DNA of 63,798 bases, filler included, from Octopus bimaculoides (taxonomy: Eukaryota), in NCBI RefSeq assembly GCF_001194135.2. It is 7 parts of 7 records of this genome, joined end to end, with 100 filler letters (N's around TTAATTAATTAA, not from the genome) between each part and the next. Parts side by side here need not be neighbours in the genome. Positions count along the whole stretch, not along the records: positions 1 to 21,878 come from NC_068996.1; 6 more parts are not named here. One strand, given 5' to 3'. Position 1 is the stretch's first letter. Every line of letters begins with the position of its first letter. The notes beneath the pieces were generated by a model, which had not been told where the DNA came from, did not search any database, and was given only the letters and a program-made list of their open reading frames with translations. The position numbers were made by a program, and so were the translations under genes. Shown in pieces: positions 1 through 12,349 of this stretch.

Positions 1-1038
1 TCTACGTCTTGTGTTCGTTCATGCGGAACGACTTGTTGGTCAGTCTCCTTGCCTGCTGTTAGAGGCAAATCGACCACGTGTGAAGGCCTAGCCATATTTC
101 TTTTACGAAATATGGCAAATAAGCCGGAGAAAAATCAAAAACTTTTGGAAATAAACTCCAGAAGGAGCCACTTCCTATTACAAAAACCCAATAGGGTCGA
201 AGTGTATAGACTTATACACCTCTTCCACAAAAAATAGTTTAAAACTGCAAAAGTTTTGACATATAAAAGGCCAACTTACTTGCGAGCCGATGTGACTAGC
301 ATCCGTCCAGATCAGAGATAGATAGATAGATAGATAGATAGACAGGTAGGTGTGTGTGTAGTAATAAAGATAAAATGAATAGGTATTTGGTGCATTCCTA
401 CACATGTTTCCGTAGCGTATTCTAAGGTGTATTGCCTGAAGAAGTTGCGCTTTAATAAAAACACGAATTTGCTTCATGGTACATGTTAAATTACATAATG
501 TGTCTACGTGTCTGGGTTCTAAATCTAAATACATACGCTACGGAATCATATGTTGTAATGCCCAAAATACCCATTCTTTCTATTCATATTACTAAAAATT
601 ACACTGCGTCAAATATACCAATTAGTCCTTTAATACGCTCTTGGATTTGCAGGGTATCTGATACCAATGGGTTTCTACTTTCATTTCTCCACTGACCGCT
701 GATATGGGTAGTTAAATTACCTGAAATATTCGGAAATATTCTAGTCAAAACACGCGTAGTCGCTTCGCTGTTGATTTCCTTTGATCTGATCAATTTGTTT
801 TGCTTCAATTTTACTATGCGATGTGTTCGTCACATTCTTTTATGACTCCTCTTTTTCAGCAACAGCTTCACGTATTGGTGAACAGTCAACGGTGTTGGAG
901 AGCATAAAAATTAAAATCGTAGTTGAGAAAATGTTTGTTGACATGAAGTTTTGCGCCAGATATCAAAATGGCGACATCATGACTGCTGCTTAGTGCTCTG
1001 CGAACACTGTAAAGGCCGTAAGATGAGACATAGAAATC

Positions 1039-1360
1039 ATGAAAACCAAGGACCCTGAAACTGTGATGGTCTTTTGGGTGTGTCTCCAGTGAGGGTGATG
1101 TCAGGACCTTTGAACAGGACTTTAGGCTCAATTCAAACGACTATGGTCAACGCTTAGTCAGAGAGTGTTGCTGCTAGTTGATCATATGTGTGGCAGCAGG
1201 ATTCGGCTCCTTATCACACCTCCGGAAAGAGTCAGAAGAGGTTGTTGTATAATTTCTATAATTTCACCAGCCCTAATTTCTGGCTTCCTAATTATCCCGA
1301 TTGTAATCCAATGGGTTTCGAGCGCTTGTATCCCGATTGTAATCCAAGGGGTTTGAGAAA
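1039..1360 (+). pseudogene. Decayed Tc1/mariner transposase fragment, DD37D (maT)-type
   Basis: Frameshifted translation MKTKDPETVMVF/G.VSSEGDV, then WQQDSAPYHTSGKSQK...FWLPNYPDCNPM. There are 37 residues between the D of QDSAP and the expected third D, which is mutated to G. An internal 36-bp-period duplication lies at 1293-1354. Confidence 0.8.
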
Positions 1361-1544
1361 GACACCAAGTGCCGTGATGTGCATTGAAACCGGTTAATTT
1401 GATTAAATTTATTTCCCAACCATAATCTAGTCGATATTTTTTTTAAGTTTTAAAATACTTACATTTTTGGATGGGATATTTTGCTTTGCTTTCCTTTTAC
1501 GCAGACTGTCGAATTTATACCGAACACCCATTATACATCCCCCC

Positions 1545-1734
1545 ACACACATACACACACCACACACACACACACACACCACACACACACACCACACACA
1601 CACCACACACACACACACACACACCACACACACATATGTATATATATATATGTANNNNNNNNNNCACACACCACACACACACACCACACACACACCACAC
1701 ACACACACACACACACCACACACACATATGTATA

Positions 1735-1767
<33 letters not shown>

Positions 1768-1770
1768 TGT
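1545..1770. repeat. Compound (AC)/(ACC)/(TA)/(TATG) microsatellite with a 10-N gap
   Basis: Directly visible. The halves on either side of the gap are near-identical. Confidence 0.95.
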
Positions 1771-1963
1771 TGACGTTTTAAGTTTTATTTGCTTCGAGAT
1801 TCACAGCTGCAACAAAATTATTTTACGTTTTTCAAGTTACTAACTCCTTATGACATCAAAAACATACAATTTTTACTGAAAAGAATAAACTTCCTAAAAA
1901 TGTTAAGAGAAATTCGAATGACTGCTTTGGTCCAAAGGTAGAACTCTTGTCATGTTTGCAGCA

Positions 1964-2122
1964 GAGGAGCGGCTGTGTGGTAAGTAGCTTGCTTACCAAC
2001 CACATGGTCCCAGGTTCAGTCCCACTGTGTGGAACCTTGGGCAAGTGTCTTCTACTATAACTTCGGGCCAACCAAAGCCTTGTGAGTGGATTTGTTAGAC
2101 GGAAACTGAAATAAGCCCGTCG

Positions 2123-2156
<34 letters not shown>

Positions 2157-2713
2157 TGTATGTATGTATGTATGGAAAACAAACCTCATCCAGCTATTCT
2201 GATTATATGTCTGTGCACACGTTTGAATGTGGTGTGTGCCAGAGGGTTTGCAAATCCAATGGGGGTCTTAAAAGACATGTTAGGATCCACAATGAGCAGA
2301 ACTTACTTGCAGGTATTGGTAGTGCAAATCAGAGGTGCAATCTGTGTGGGTGTTTTTTCAAAACACTGTCTGGTTTAAAAAGCCACATCAGACGCCATGA
2401 AAGGGCTAAGGTGTAGGTGTAGGAGGTGGTCAAACTCTGTTTAAGGAGTAGACTACCACCATGTATGTATGTATGTATGTGTGTGTGTATATATGTTTGT
2501 GTGTCTGTTTGTCTCCCCAACATCGCTTGACAACCGATACTGGTGTGTTTACGTCCCCGTAAATTAACGCTTCAGTAAAAAAAAAAGACCGATAGAATAA
2601 GTACTAGGCATCCAAAGAATAAGTCCTGGGGTCGATTTGCTCGACTAAAGGTGGTGCTCCAGCATGGCCGCAGTCAAATGACTGAAACAAGTAAAAGAGT
2701 AAAAGAGCAAAAG
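1964..2713 (+). mobile_element. tRNA-derived SINE family A (internal microsatellite), interrupted by a LINE 3' fragment
   Basis: Head ggctgtgtggtaagtagcttgcttaccaaccacatggtcccaggttcagtccca, body ...ggaaactgaaataagcccgtcg, tail ...ggtgctccagcatggccgcagtcaaatgactgaaacaagtaaaagag. The same family recurs more than 12 times in the window. Confidence 0.9.
2172..2460 (+). mobile_element. 5'-truncated LINE 3' end (RTE-like) encoding two C2H2 fingers, with (ATGT)n tail
   Basis: FECGVCQRVCKSNGGLKRHVRIH and CNLCGCFFKTLSGLKSHIRRH, stop at 2416, short 3' UTR, then (ATGT)n. There is no TGEKP linker, and the fragment sits inside a SINE microsatellite. Confidence 0.6.
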
Positions 2714-2894
2714 AGAAGGTTTTATGCACTATTATTCATAGCTTAAATTGCTTCGAGACCCGCAGATAAAAAAGTCATGCATTCACATCTTAGTAAGACG
2801 CCTGCTCCTCTATCACAATTCCTTTCTCCAGTCTATACCCAACTCATTTGTAGGATCTTATCTTGCGGGTACTTGGTGATTTCATCGGTACACT

Positions 2895-3052
2895 CTATTA
2901 CGTGATCAGTGTTAGAAAGGCATTCAGCTGTAGAAACCATGTCGAAGCAGACAAGAGAGCCTGGTGGAGCTCTCTGACTCGTCTGTTCTTGTCAAAGCAT
3001 CCAACTCATGCCAACATGGAAATAGGGACGTTAATTGATGATGATGATGATA
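2895..3052 (+). mobile_element. SINE/LINE 3' tail ending in (GAT)n
   Basis: gaaaggcattcagctgtagaaaccatg...gcatccaactcatgccaacatggaaatagggacgttaattgatgatgatgatgat resembles a common octopus retroposon tail (recalled). Confidence 0.6.
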
Positions 3053-3674
3053 TATATATATATATATATATATATAAGTACGGCTTAATATAATAGGTCA
3101 AACAAAAAGAATATTGGGAAATTATATTTTTAACGAGAAGGAAAATTCATTATTGTTAATGATAATTCATTACTGATCAGGAAAGGGGTGGAAGTCTGAA
3201 TTTTAAATTTGAGAGATGTGCAATAGAATAGCCATGTCTTTGATCTTAATAGTTATCGTGACAACTTCAAACGTGTTTGATTCTATTAGAACTCTTCGAT
3301 GATGTATAAACCTAACAGGAAGCATCGACGCCACAGAATATAGATGTGATACGAAAACAATTCACAGATTTAACTATTTTAGATAATGACATAGGAAAAT
3401 TACTCAGAAGAGCCTATTACAAGCAAAATAGGTAAAGTCTTGGCTAATATATTTCACCTAGTAAACCAAACTGAATTGCAATTAATTGATATTATACAAA
3501 TAGTGAGATGAAAAGCTCTCACTATTCAGGAAGATTCTTTTCAAATGGGCAATATTTAAACTGAGTGAACATTAAATGTAGATGGGTTGGATATGCCGTT
3601 CCTTTTCGTAGTCTTTGTCCTCTGAGTAAAGAAGTTTATTGATTTTTTGACAACAGCAAAATCACTGTACTCAC

Positions 3675-3700
3675 GTTTAGAAACAATGAAACATAGCCAC
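3675..3700 (-). CDS. Candidate 26-nt micro-exon (alternative acceptor gives 3675-3708)
   Basis: Minus strand: pyrimidine-rich tcccttctattttagtttccagatttctag | GTGGCTATGTTTCATTGTTTCTAAAC | gtgagt. Open as (G)GYVSLFLN or (W)WLCFIVSK. No homology established. Confidence 0.25.
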
Positions 3701-4549
3701 CTAGAAATCTGGAAACTAAAATAGAAGGGACACAGTCCCCTTGTCACAAGTAATATTGAATTATGCTATAATATAACTGTTTTCGTAGTGACCATCTTTC
3801 CTTTCTACAGACTGCATCAAGGAATATTTTACCAAACGTATTTTTCTAGGATTTAATTTTTATTTATGCAAATTTGTCAGTTATTTCTAGCCGATACACA
3901 GGCCACATGCAGTCTTCTCTCTCCTGTTCTCGTTTGAACTCATTTAAAAAAAGATTGCAAGTGAGAGGTATCAAATGTCTGACCGCCCAACTGTGCTCAT
4001 TATTAAAAAGGAAGAAGTAGGATTAATGACATCATCTCTGAAATTAGTTTTTCCTGTCACGTTTGTTCCATCTGTTAAAACGACCAGAAGATTCTTCATA
4101 ATATGACAAATCTTTACAGTAAACTAAGTGAAAAGTCTCTCGTTTAATTTGCCCAGTTTTAATTTTTGAGGGTTCTTTTTCACTTTTTATTTATTACTCA
4201 CTGAAAGAGAAACACCAATGATGTTGATGTTGCTGCCGCTGAAGTTGTAGTTATTCTTGTTTTCATTTTTGTTATAGTTGTTGTTATTGCTGTTTTGTGA
4301 TCATAGGAGAGCCCTGACCCAGTAGATCTATGTCGTTTTCATTAATCTACGACACGACTGGACATAGCCATTTTCCCGGTTATACAACGTCTCGTCTAAC
4401 TGAGGACGATATTATACATACTGGCATGCGGTAATGAGTAACGTTGGTGCAGTGAGACATTTAGGCATATCACAATCTTTATTGTCCACTTTATTTTGTA
4501 TTCCCTCAGGCACAACACTTACACGCTCCGACTTTCAGTACTGGATACT

Positions 4550-4868
4550 GTTGTTGGCACTCCGTCGCTTACGACGTCGAGGATTCCAGTTGATCCGATC
4601 AACGGAACAGCCTGCTCGTGAAATTAACGTGCAAGTGGCTGAGCACTCCACAGACACGTGTACCCTTAACGTAGTTCTCGGGGATATTCAGCATGATACA
4701 GTGTGACAAGGCTGACCCTTTGAATTACAGGCACAACAGAAACAGGAAGTAAGAGTGAGAGAAAGTTGTGGTGAAAGAGTACAGCAGGGTTGGCCACCAT
4801 CCCCTGCCGGAGCCTCGAGGAGTATTGAGTGTTTTCGCTCAATAAGCACTCACAACGCCCGGTCTGGG
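4550..4868 (-). mobile_element. tRNA-derived SINE family B, 5'-truncated, 10-bp TSD ACTGGATACT
   Basis: Matches copies at 13401, 46261, 47033 and 57110. Direct repeat at 4540-4549 and 4869-4878. Confidence 0.9.
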
Positions 4869-5474
4869 ACTGGATACTATAGAGTGTGGACATATCGCAA
4901 TCTCTCCACCATCCTGTTTATTTTTGTACACCCGTAGATTTCGGTAATAGCTGCTTGTGACTAAGGTAGACTCAGCCCAGTTCGACAATTGGTGTTTGAC
5001 GTAATTATTGTTGGTGGAACACAATTCAACACAGTTTAGTGTCATGATGTAGCTGTCTGTGTTTTCCTGAGTGTGTAAGAGAGATAGATTTTAGAATGTT
5101 GTAGTAGAGCGAGGTATATGCATGTCTTGAGTATTGGAAGGTGATCTAAGTGAAGTCAGAAGCTCTGTACAGAATCACACTGATCCCATAGCATGTTCTG
5201 GTGGTCTTTCGTTTTTAGTATTTTTATTTATTGCGTAGATTGACAGTGAATATGCTTTGCGTAGGACTTATTGTAATATATAGCGCACTGCTTTGAGTTC
5301 TTTGTACTCTGTTGTAGGTTGGGGCTTTTTTCTTAGGTTTTTTTTTGGGGGGGGGAGTTGTTTGTGAAGAGATTGAACTCGGGTAGGATTGTTATTGTCC
5401 GTAATGGATCTAAGTTATTGCTTTTACACCATTGTTGTTGCTTCTTTCTATCGGCGAAATGTGAACTTGTAATT

Positions 5475-5610
5475 CTTTTTTACTCTAGGCACAAGGCCTG
5501 AAATTTTGAGGGAGGGAGCCAGTCGATTAGATCGACCCCAGTACGCGACTGGTACTTAATTTATCGACCCCCCGAAAGGATGAAAGGCAAAGTCGACCTC
5601 CGCGGAATTT
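5475..5610 (-). mobile_element. SINE family C, 5'-truncated, 19-bp TSD with one mismatch
   Basis: Body ...ggcaaagtcgacctccgcggaatttgaa. Flanks are gaaatgtgaacttgtaatt (5456-5474) and gaaatatgaacttgtaatt (5611-5629). Confidence 0.85.
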
Positions 5611-5679
5611 GAAATATGAACTTGTAATTGCTTTAAAAATGTTTGTTGTTTTCTTTTCCTTGTTGTGCCGTCTGTTTGT

Positions 5680-6275
<596 letters not shown>

Positions 6276-6279
6276 TTGA

Positions 6280-6570
6280 GTGAGATTATATTGTGGAGTG
6301 GCTGTACCCGACCTTCTGTTGTCGCCAGTAACTAGGGATTGAGTGCCTGTGGGAAATGGTAATTTGCTACCACCTTCCACAATCACAGCCTGTTGTTGTG
6401 GACACATATTTCTGGATGATTTTTGTAGGGTTGAGTAGATATACCCCGTGTCTGGGCAATGAGAGAAGGATGCCAGTGTAACGTTCCCTCTGTATAGGGT
6501 CGTATGGAAATATCGTGTAAGCAGACTGAAAAAGAGCTGTTAAGAGGACAGACCCCTGTAGTATCCCTGT
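6280..6570 (-). pseudogene. Highly decayed non-LTR reverse transcriptase fragment
   Basis: GILQGSVLLTALF resembles the RT G.xQGSxLSPxLF motif. Downstream frames are broken and no intact YADD is present. Confidence 0.45.
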
Positions 6571-6629
6571 ATGTATGCTTGCATTTATGTATGTGTGTGT
6601 GAATGTATGCATGTGTGTATGTATGTTTG

Positions 6630-6660
<31 letters not shown>

Positions 6661-6830
6661 ATATGTATGCATGTATGCATCTATGTATTTATGTATGCAG
6701 GCATGTATGTGTATATATGTAAGTATGCATGTATGTATGTGTGTTTGTATGTATGTATGTATGTATGCATGTATGTATGTATGTATTTATGCATGTACGT
6801 ATGTTTGTATTTATGTATGTAAGTATGTGT
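6567..6830. repeat. Degenerate (TATG)n microsatellite
   Basis: Directly visible. Confidence 0.95.
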
Positions 6831-7081
6831 GCATTTTTTGTACAATTACTTTGGTGTCTTTTGGTCAATGAAATCGAGTGCTTGAAAGTACATTTTATGT
6901 AATGAGTATATGTGAGTGTGAGCGATTTTTCTATAAGAAACGTGATGAATATATTTATAAGAATTCGTTTTTCGTTGTCGCTGTATGAGTAATTTGGTAA
7001 TACAGTTCTATATTTAAGAGATGAGGAATTATGTACATTATTTACATTTGACGGATATTTGTCCTCATCTTGTTTGTTGTT

Positions 7082-7127
7082 AACACATCGTTTCGGCTGA
7101 TATGCCCTCCAGCCTTCATCAGGTGAC
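7082..7127 (-). ncRNA. Minimal type-I hammerhead-like motif (U16.1 mutated to A)
   Basis: Minus strand: gtCAC CUGAUGA A GGCUG gagggcauau CAGCC GAAAC GAU GUG. Confidence 0.55.
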
Positions 7128-7209
7128 TTGGGGGAAATTTCGAACCTGGGCTCTCATTCCTAAGTTATTTTTCGATACTGTTATTATTATTATTATTATT
7201 ATTATTATG

Positions 7210-7279
<70 letters not shown>

Positions 7280-7287
7280 TTCCCCAA

Positions 7288-7333
7288 GACACCTGATGAA
7301 GGCTGGAGGATATATCAGCCGAAAAGTTGTGTT
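7288..7333 (+). ncRNA. Minimal type-I hammerhead-like motif (C15.2 mutated to A)
   Basis: GACAC CUGAUGA A GGCUG gaggauauau CAGCC GAAAA GUU GUGUU. Stem I GACAC/GUGUU, stem II GGCUG/CAGCC. Confidence 0.6.
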
Positions 7334-8465
7334 AACAACAAACAAAATGAGGACGAATATCCGTCAAATGTAAATAATGTAATTTGGTAATGTTATATAA
7401 TTGGGAAAAATAACACGGTGATTGGTGATGACCTTGTTAGAATTGTTGCTATTATCAATTACATTATAGTAGCTATGGCTTGTTTAATAAATTATTTTAA
7501 ATTTTGTCTTCCTGTTAAAATTCCTAGATAAGTAAATTTTAAAACCAAACAACAACCCGGAATTCATCTATTTAATAAATATATATACTAATAAACATAT
7601 ATGATATATCTAAAGAACAAACATGCACACACATGTGTAATATCATATCATATTATATCATATAATATTATATGTGTGTATATATATATATATATATNNN
7701 NNNNNNNNNNNNNNNNNNNNNNNNNNNNNNNNNNNNNNNNNNNNNNNNNNNNNNNNNNNNNNNNNNNNNNNNNNNNNNNNNNNNNNNNNNNNNNNNNNNN
7801 NNNNNNNNNNNNNNNNNNNNNNNNNNNNNNNNNNNNNNNNNNNNNNNNNNNNNNNNNNNNNNNNNNNNNNNNNNNNNNNNNNNNNNNNNNNNNNNNNNNN
7901 NNNNNNNNNNNNNNNNNNNNNNNNNNNNNNNNNNNNNNNNNNNNNNNNNNNNNNNNNNNNNNNNNNNNNNNNNNNNNNNNNNNNNNNNNNNNNNNNNNNN
8001 NNNNNNNNNNNNNNNNNNNNNNNNNNNNNNNNNNNNNNNNNNNNNNNNNNNNNNNNNNNNNNNNNNNNNNNNNNNNNNNNNNNNNNNNNNNNNNNNNNNN
8101 NNNNNNNNNNNNNNNNNNNNNNNNNNNNNNNNNNNNNNNNNNNNNNNNNNNNNNNNNNNNNNNNNNNNNNNNNNNNNNNNNNNNNNNNNNNNNNNNNNNN
8201 NNNNNNNNNNNNNNNNNNNNNNNNNNNNNNNNNNNNNNNNNNNNNNNNNNNNNNNNNNNNNNNNNNNNNNNNNNNNNNNNNNNNNNNNNNNNNNNNNNNN
8301 NNNNNNNNNNNNNNNNNNNNNNNNNNNNNNNNNNNNNNNNNNNNNNNNNNNNNNNNNNNNNNNNNNNNNNNNNNNNNNNNNNNNNNNNNNNNNNNNNNNN
8401 NNNNNNNNNNNNNNNNNNNNNNNNNNNNNNNNNNNNNNNNNNNNNNNATATATATATATATATAT

Positions 8466-8810
8466 AGGAGTGGCTGTGTGGTAAGAGCTTGCTTCCCAAC
8501 CACATGGTCCCGGGTTGGCAAGTGTTTTCTACTATAGCCTCAGGCCGACCAAAGCCTTGTGAGTGGATTTGGTAAACAGAAACTGAAAGAAGCCCCTCGT
8601 ATATATATATATTGTGCGTGTGTCTGTGTTTGTCCCCCCACACCATCGCTTGACAACTGATGTTGGTGTGATTACGTTTCCGTAACTTAGCGGTTCGGCA
8701 AAAGTGACCTAGGCTTACAAAGAATAAGTTTGGGGTCGATTTGTTCGACTAAAAGTGGTGCTCCAGCATGGCTGCCGACAAATGATGAAACAAGTAAATG
8801 AATAAAAGAA
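8466..8810 (+). mobile_element. SINE family A
   Basis: Head, body and tail match the 1964-2713 copy. Confidence 0.9.
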
Positions 8811-8819
8811 CATATAATG

Positions 8820-8903
<84 letters not shown>

Positions 8904-9239
8904 TCTTAAGTAACNNNNNNNNNNNNNNNNNNNNNNNNNNNNNNNNNNNNNNNNNNNNNNNNNNNNNNNNNNNNNNNNNNNNNNNNNNNNNNNNNNNNNN
9001 NNNNNNNNNNNNNNNNNNNNNNNNNNNNNNNNNNNNNNNNNNNNNNNNNNNNNNNNNNNNNNNNNNNNNNNNNNNNNNNNNNNNNNNNNNNNNNNNNNNN
9101 NNNNNNNNNNNNNNNNNNNNNNNNNNNNNNNNNNNNNNNNNNNNNNNNNNNNNNNNNNNNNNNNNNNNNNNNNNNNNNNNNNNNNNNNNNNNNNNNNNNN
9201 NNNNNNNNNNNNNNNNNNNNNNNNNNNNNNNNNNNNNNN

Positions 9240-9285
<46 letters not shown>

Positions 9286-9291
9286 TATTAT

Positions 9292-9634
9292 ATTGTGGCA
9301 TTCCATCGGTTACGACGACCAGAGTTCCAGTTGATCCGATCAACAGAACAGCCTGCTCATGAAATTAACATGCAAGTGGCTGAGCACTCCACTTAACGTA
9401 GTTCTCGGAGAGATTCAGTGTGACACAGAGTGTCATAAGGCTGACCCTTCGAAATACAGTTAGAACAGAAACAGGAAGAAAGAGCGAGAGAACGTTGTGG
9501 TGGAAGAGTACAGCAGGGTTCACCACCATCCCCTGCCGGAGCCTCGTGGAGCTTTAGGTGTTTCGCTCAATAAACACTCACAACGCCCGGTCTGGGAATC
9601 GAAACCGCGATCCTATGACCGCAAGTCCGCTGCC
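9292..9634 (-). mobile_element. SINE family B
   Basis: Matches other family B copies. The 5' head runs into a small gap. Confidence 0.85.
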
Positions 9635-9645
9635 CNNNNNNNNNN

Positions 9646-10907
9646 GTTGGACGGAAGCACCTTAAAATTTCAAACAAATTTATTTTTAATATAGGGTAGG
9701 AACGCCTTTGGCAGTAATTACAGCTTGAATTCTACGAGGTATGGACTCGTACAAAGTTTGAATTGTTTCCAAAGGAATCTTTATCAATTTTTCAGTTAAA
9801 ACAGTCTCCACTTCTTGTAGTGATGATGGTGGAGGATATCAACTCCTTACTTGTTTTTCTAAAATGCATCATAGATGTTCAATAATATTGAGATCTGGGG
9901 ACTGTGGTGGCCAGATAAGTTGTTCGACTTCACTAGAATGTTCCTCGTGCCATTCAGTAACAACTTTAGCTGTGTGAATTGGTGCATTATCATCCTGAAA
10001 GATTGCGTTTCCCTCTGGAAACAGTTCCGCAACCATAGGATGAATTTGGTCAGATAAAATGCTTAAATAGTCTTGACTATTTATTCTGCCATGAAGGGAA
10101 ACCATTGGGCCGGTAGATTTCCAAGATATAGCCCCGCAGATCATCACAGATCCTCCTCTGTGTTTAACAGTTGGAAGAAGGCAGTCTGGGTCAAATGCTT
10201 CTTTTGGCTGTCTCCACACGTATACTCGGCCGGTGGTCGGAAATAAGGTAAAGGATGACTCGTCCGAGAAAATAACATTCTTCCACTGCTCTAGGGACCA
10301 AGTCTGTAGGTTTTACTCCACTCTAAATGCTTTGCAACGTTTGTTTTTGAAAGTAGTGGTTTTCTGATTGCAGTCCTCCTGTGAAATCTGGCTTTGTGCA
10401 GCTCCCGGTGAACAGTTTTTGTGGAAACTGAGTTCTAGAGGTGGTCATTAAACTCTGTAGTAATTTTGAGAGCTGTACTTTTGTGGTCCTTTCTAACAAT
10501 TCACGTTAGAGTCCGACGGTCCCTATCTGAAAGTTTTGATTTTCTTCCAGAGTTTTGTTTCAACAAGGTGGTTTAGCCCTCTTTCTCAAAGGTTGTCATT
10601 ACTTTCGAGACAGTACTTCTTGATATGCCAAACATTTCGGCTGTTTTCGTTACGCTAGCGCCTACTATACGAGCACCAACAATTTGACCTCTTTGAAAGT
10701 CCAATAGATCTGTCATTTTAATAAATTTTAATTACTTTTCTCTAATGATATCTGAAAAGAAACAGCAATTTTAGCAAAACATATTAAGCAACACTAATAA
10801 TAAATCAAAAAACATAAAAATAAACAAGTTTTTGACGGTTTTATAGATATTTCAGTATTATTATGCTATGATGCTAGGTGTTTCCATTATTTTGTCCAAA
10901 CCCTGTA
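9646..10907 (-). mobile_element. Near full-length Tc1-superfamily DNA transposon (~1.26 kb), DD36E spacing (Incomer-like)
   Basis: Right end TA-CAGGGTTTGGACAAAATAATGGAAACACC (reverse complement of ~10877-10907). Degenerate left end gttggac..ggaagcacct at 9646, next to a gap. Encloses a transposase pseudogene. Confidence 0.85.
9686..10716 (-). pseudogene. Tc1-like transposase pseudogene (~343 codons, stops and a frameshift)
   Basis: MTDLLDFQRGQIVGAR...(HTH)...VIFSDESSFTLFPTTGRVYVWRQPKEAF...IFQDDNAPIHTAKVVTEWHEEHSSEVEQLIWPPQSPDLNIIEHL...IPRRIQAVITAKGVPTLY*. There are 36 residues between the second D and E. Confidence 0.92.
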
Positions 10908-10924
10908 TATATATATATAGTCAA

Positions 10925-11100
10925 TTCAAATAAACAATCAATTAAAATAATTGAATAATAAAATTATGAGACAACAAGAGGACGTACACAAGGAATGTAT
11001 TAGCTTAACGCTCAGTAAAAAGAGAGAATTTTTGACGCTTCGAGCATAACTTTTCGTCGGAAAGAAGAAAGGGAAAAGTCCACAAGGAAGGAAAAGTTAT
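10925..11100 (-). mobile_element. Family E Penelope-pLTR-like short repeat with degenerate hammerhead (11029-11065)
   Basis: Minus strand tcttt CCGACGA aaagttatgctc GAAGC GTC aaaaa ... gagcgttaagctaatac. Homologous to 52935-53040 and 58560-58740, with the 3' end abutting (TA)n. Confidence 0.55.
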
Positions 11101-11136
11101 AACCAACAGTACGTGTGCAGTAACATTGCTGAAGTG

Positions 11137-11171
<35 letters not shown>

Positions 11172-11808
11172 CACTAACCAAGAAGTTTATCACTCTAGAT
11201 TACGCACCCTTCTACAATAATTTAGCACACTTTCAAATCCATAATTTCGGTTAATCTAATGTGCATAACACTTCCTAGTGAATAATTAATACAGATAACA
11301 CCAGATCATTCACAATCCTATCACAAATCATCGATTCAAGGTGAATTTAACAAATCTCTTTTGTGTGTATAGCTTGGAGAGGAAAGAGTTCTTTTTACGA
11401 CATTAATTTATCTTAGATTATATCAGGAGTCATGCACTCTCGCTCGGATTCAATTCTCAAACCACCCGCTGACAGAGCTCTTTAAAACGCATTAATACAA
11501 AGAAGACGTATTAAGCCTTAAAGCCCCAAACAGTAATTTGATATAAGTTGTAACGAGTACGAATTTGTAAAATTAAAGATTCGTTAATTTTTTTCATCAG
11601 AGATACGTCCATGCGGGTTAATACATAGCTACAATGCACTCCCTCAAGTAAATTTATTCCCTGTTCCTGCACTGCACGAAGACATCAAATGGATTTATGG
11701 ATCTCTCTATTATTTAGAGATTTTTTTTATTGTTATATGTCTGTCTAAAGAAAAACAGTGAGGAGAAAGTTAGAGACAGGGACAGAGATAGAGAGAGAGG
11801 GGTAGAGA

Positions 11809-11840
<32 letters not shown>

Positions 11841-12297
11841 GAGAGAGAATGTGTATGTGAGAGAGAGAGACATTGGTCGATAAAATAGAAACCAGTCATG
11901 TTTCAGTGATCTATTCAATTGACTTATTACCTTTTCTCTGCAATGTGTGGGTTTTTTTATATTAATGGGAGAAATCAATATTTTTTTTTTGTCTAAAGTA
12001 CGGGACGCAATAATCAATGTAAATGTCTTTGTTTACTTACGTTTATTGTTTATTTATTTATAAGCACGTCTGATCAACTGGCCTGTATCTTCTTGTCTGT
12101 TTTATATGTGTGTTTTTTAGAGACAAGTCCTGCAAGTGTCATCACAGCTATGGCTAATTTCGCTCCCTAAAGAGTCACGTGTAACTTTATATAGATATTA
12201 CCACAATTAGCTTTGTTTGTTACTCTGTCAACATCAATATACGCTTACAGGTAACTAGACATACAGACAGACAGAAAAGCATACAGACACACGCGCA

Positions 12298-12349
<52 letters not shown>

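Larger units (their letters stand above)
7003..7385. mobile_element. Family D hammerhead-bearing repeat as a head-to-head inverted pair around (TTA)n
   Basis: Left arm 7003-7180 is the reverse complement of right arm 7280-7385 over ~100 bp. The same family occurs at 26433-28197 and 39641-39792. Confidence 0.85.

Noticed and set aside
2132-2416. Host C2H2 zinc-finger gene
   Set aside because: It has only two fingers and no TGEKP linker, the start lies in a microsatellite, and it is embedded in a SINE with an (ATGT)n tail. It is better explained as a LINE C-terminus.
5050-5460. Possible Penelope or LINE coding relic on the minus strand
   Set aside because: No diagnostic motif could be recovered in any frame, so it is left unannotated.
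7601-8646. ORFs spanning N runs (also 19038-20324, 26889-27807, 30477-31400, 35423-36458, 43434-44939, 46384-47136, 50950-51784)
   Set aside because: Their length is an artefact of undetermined bases.
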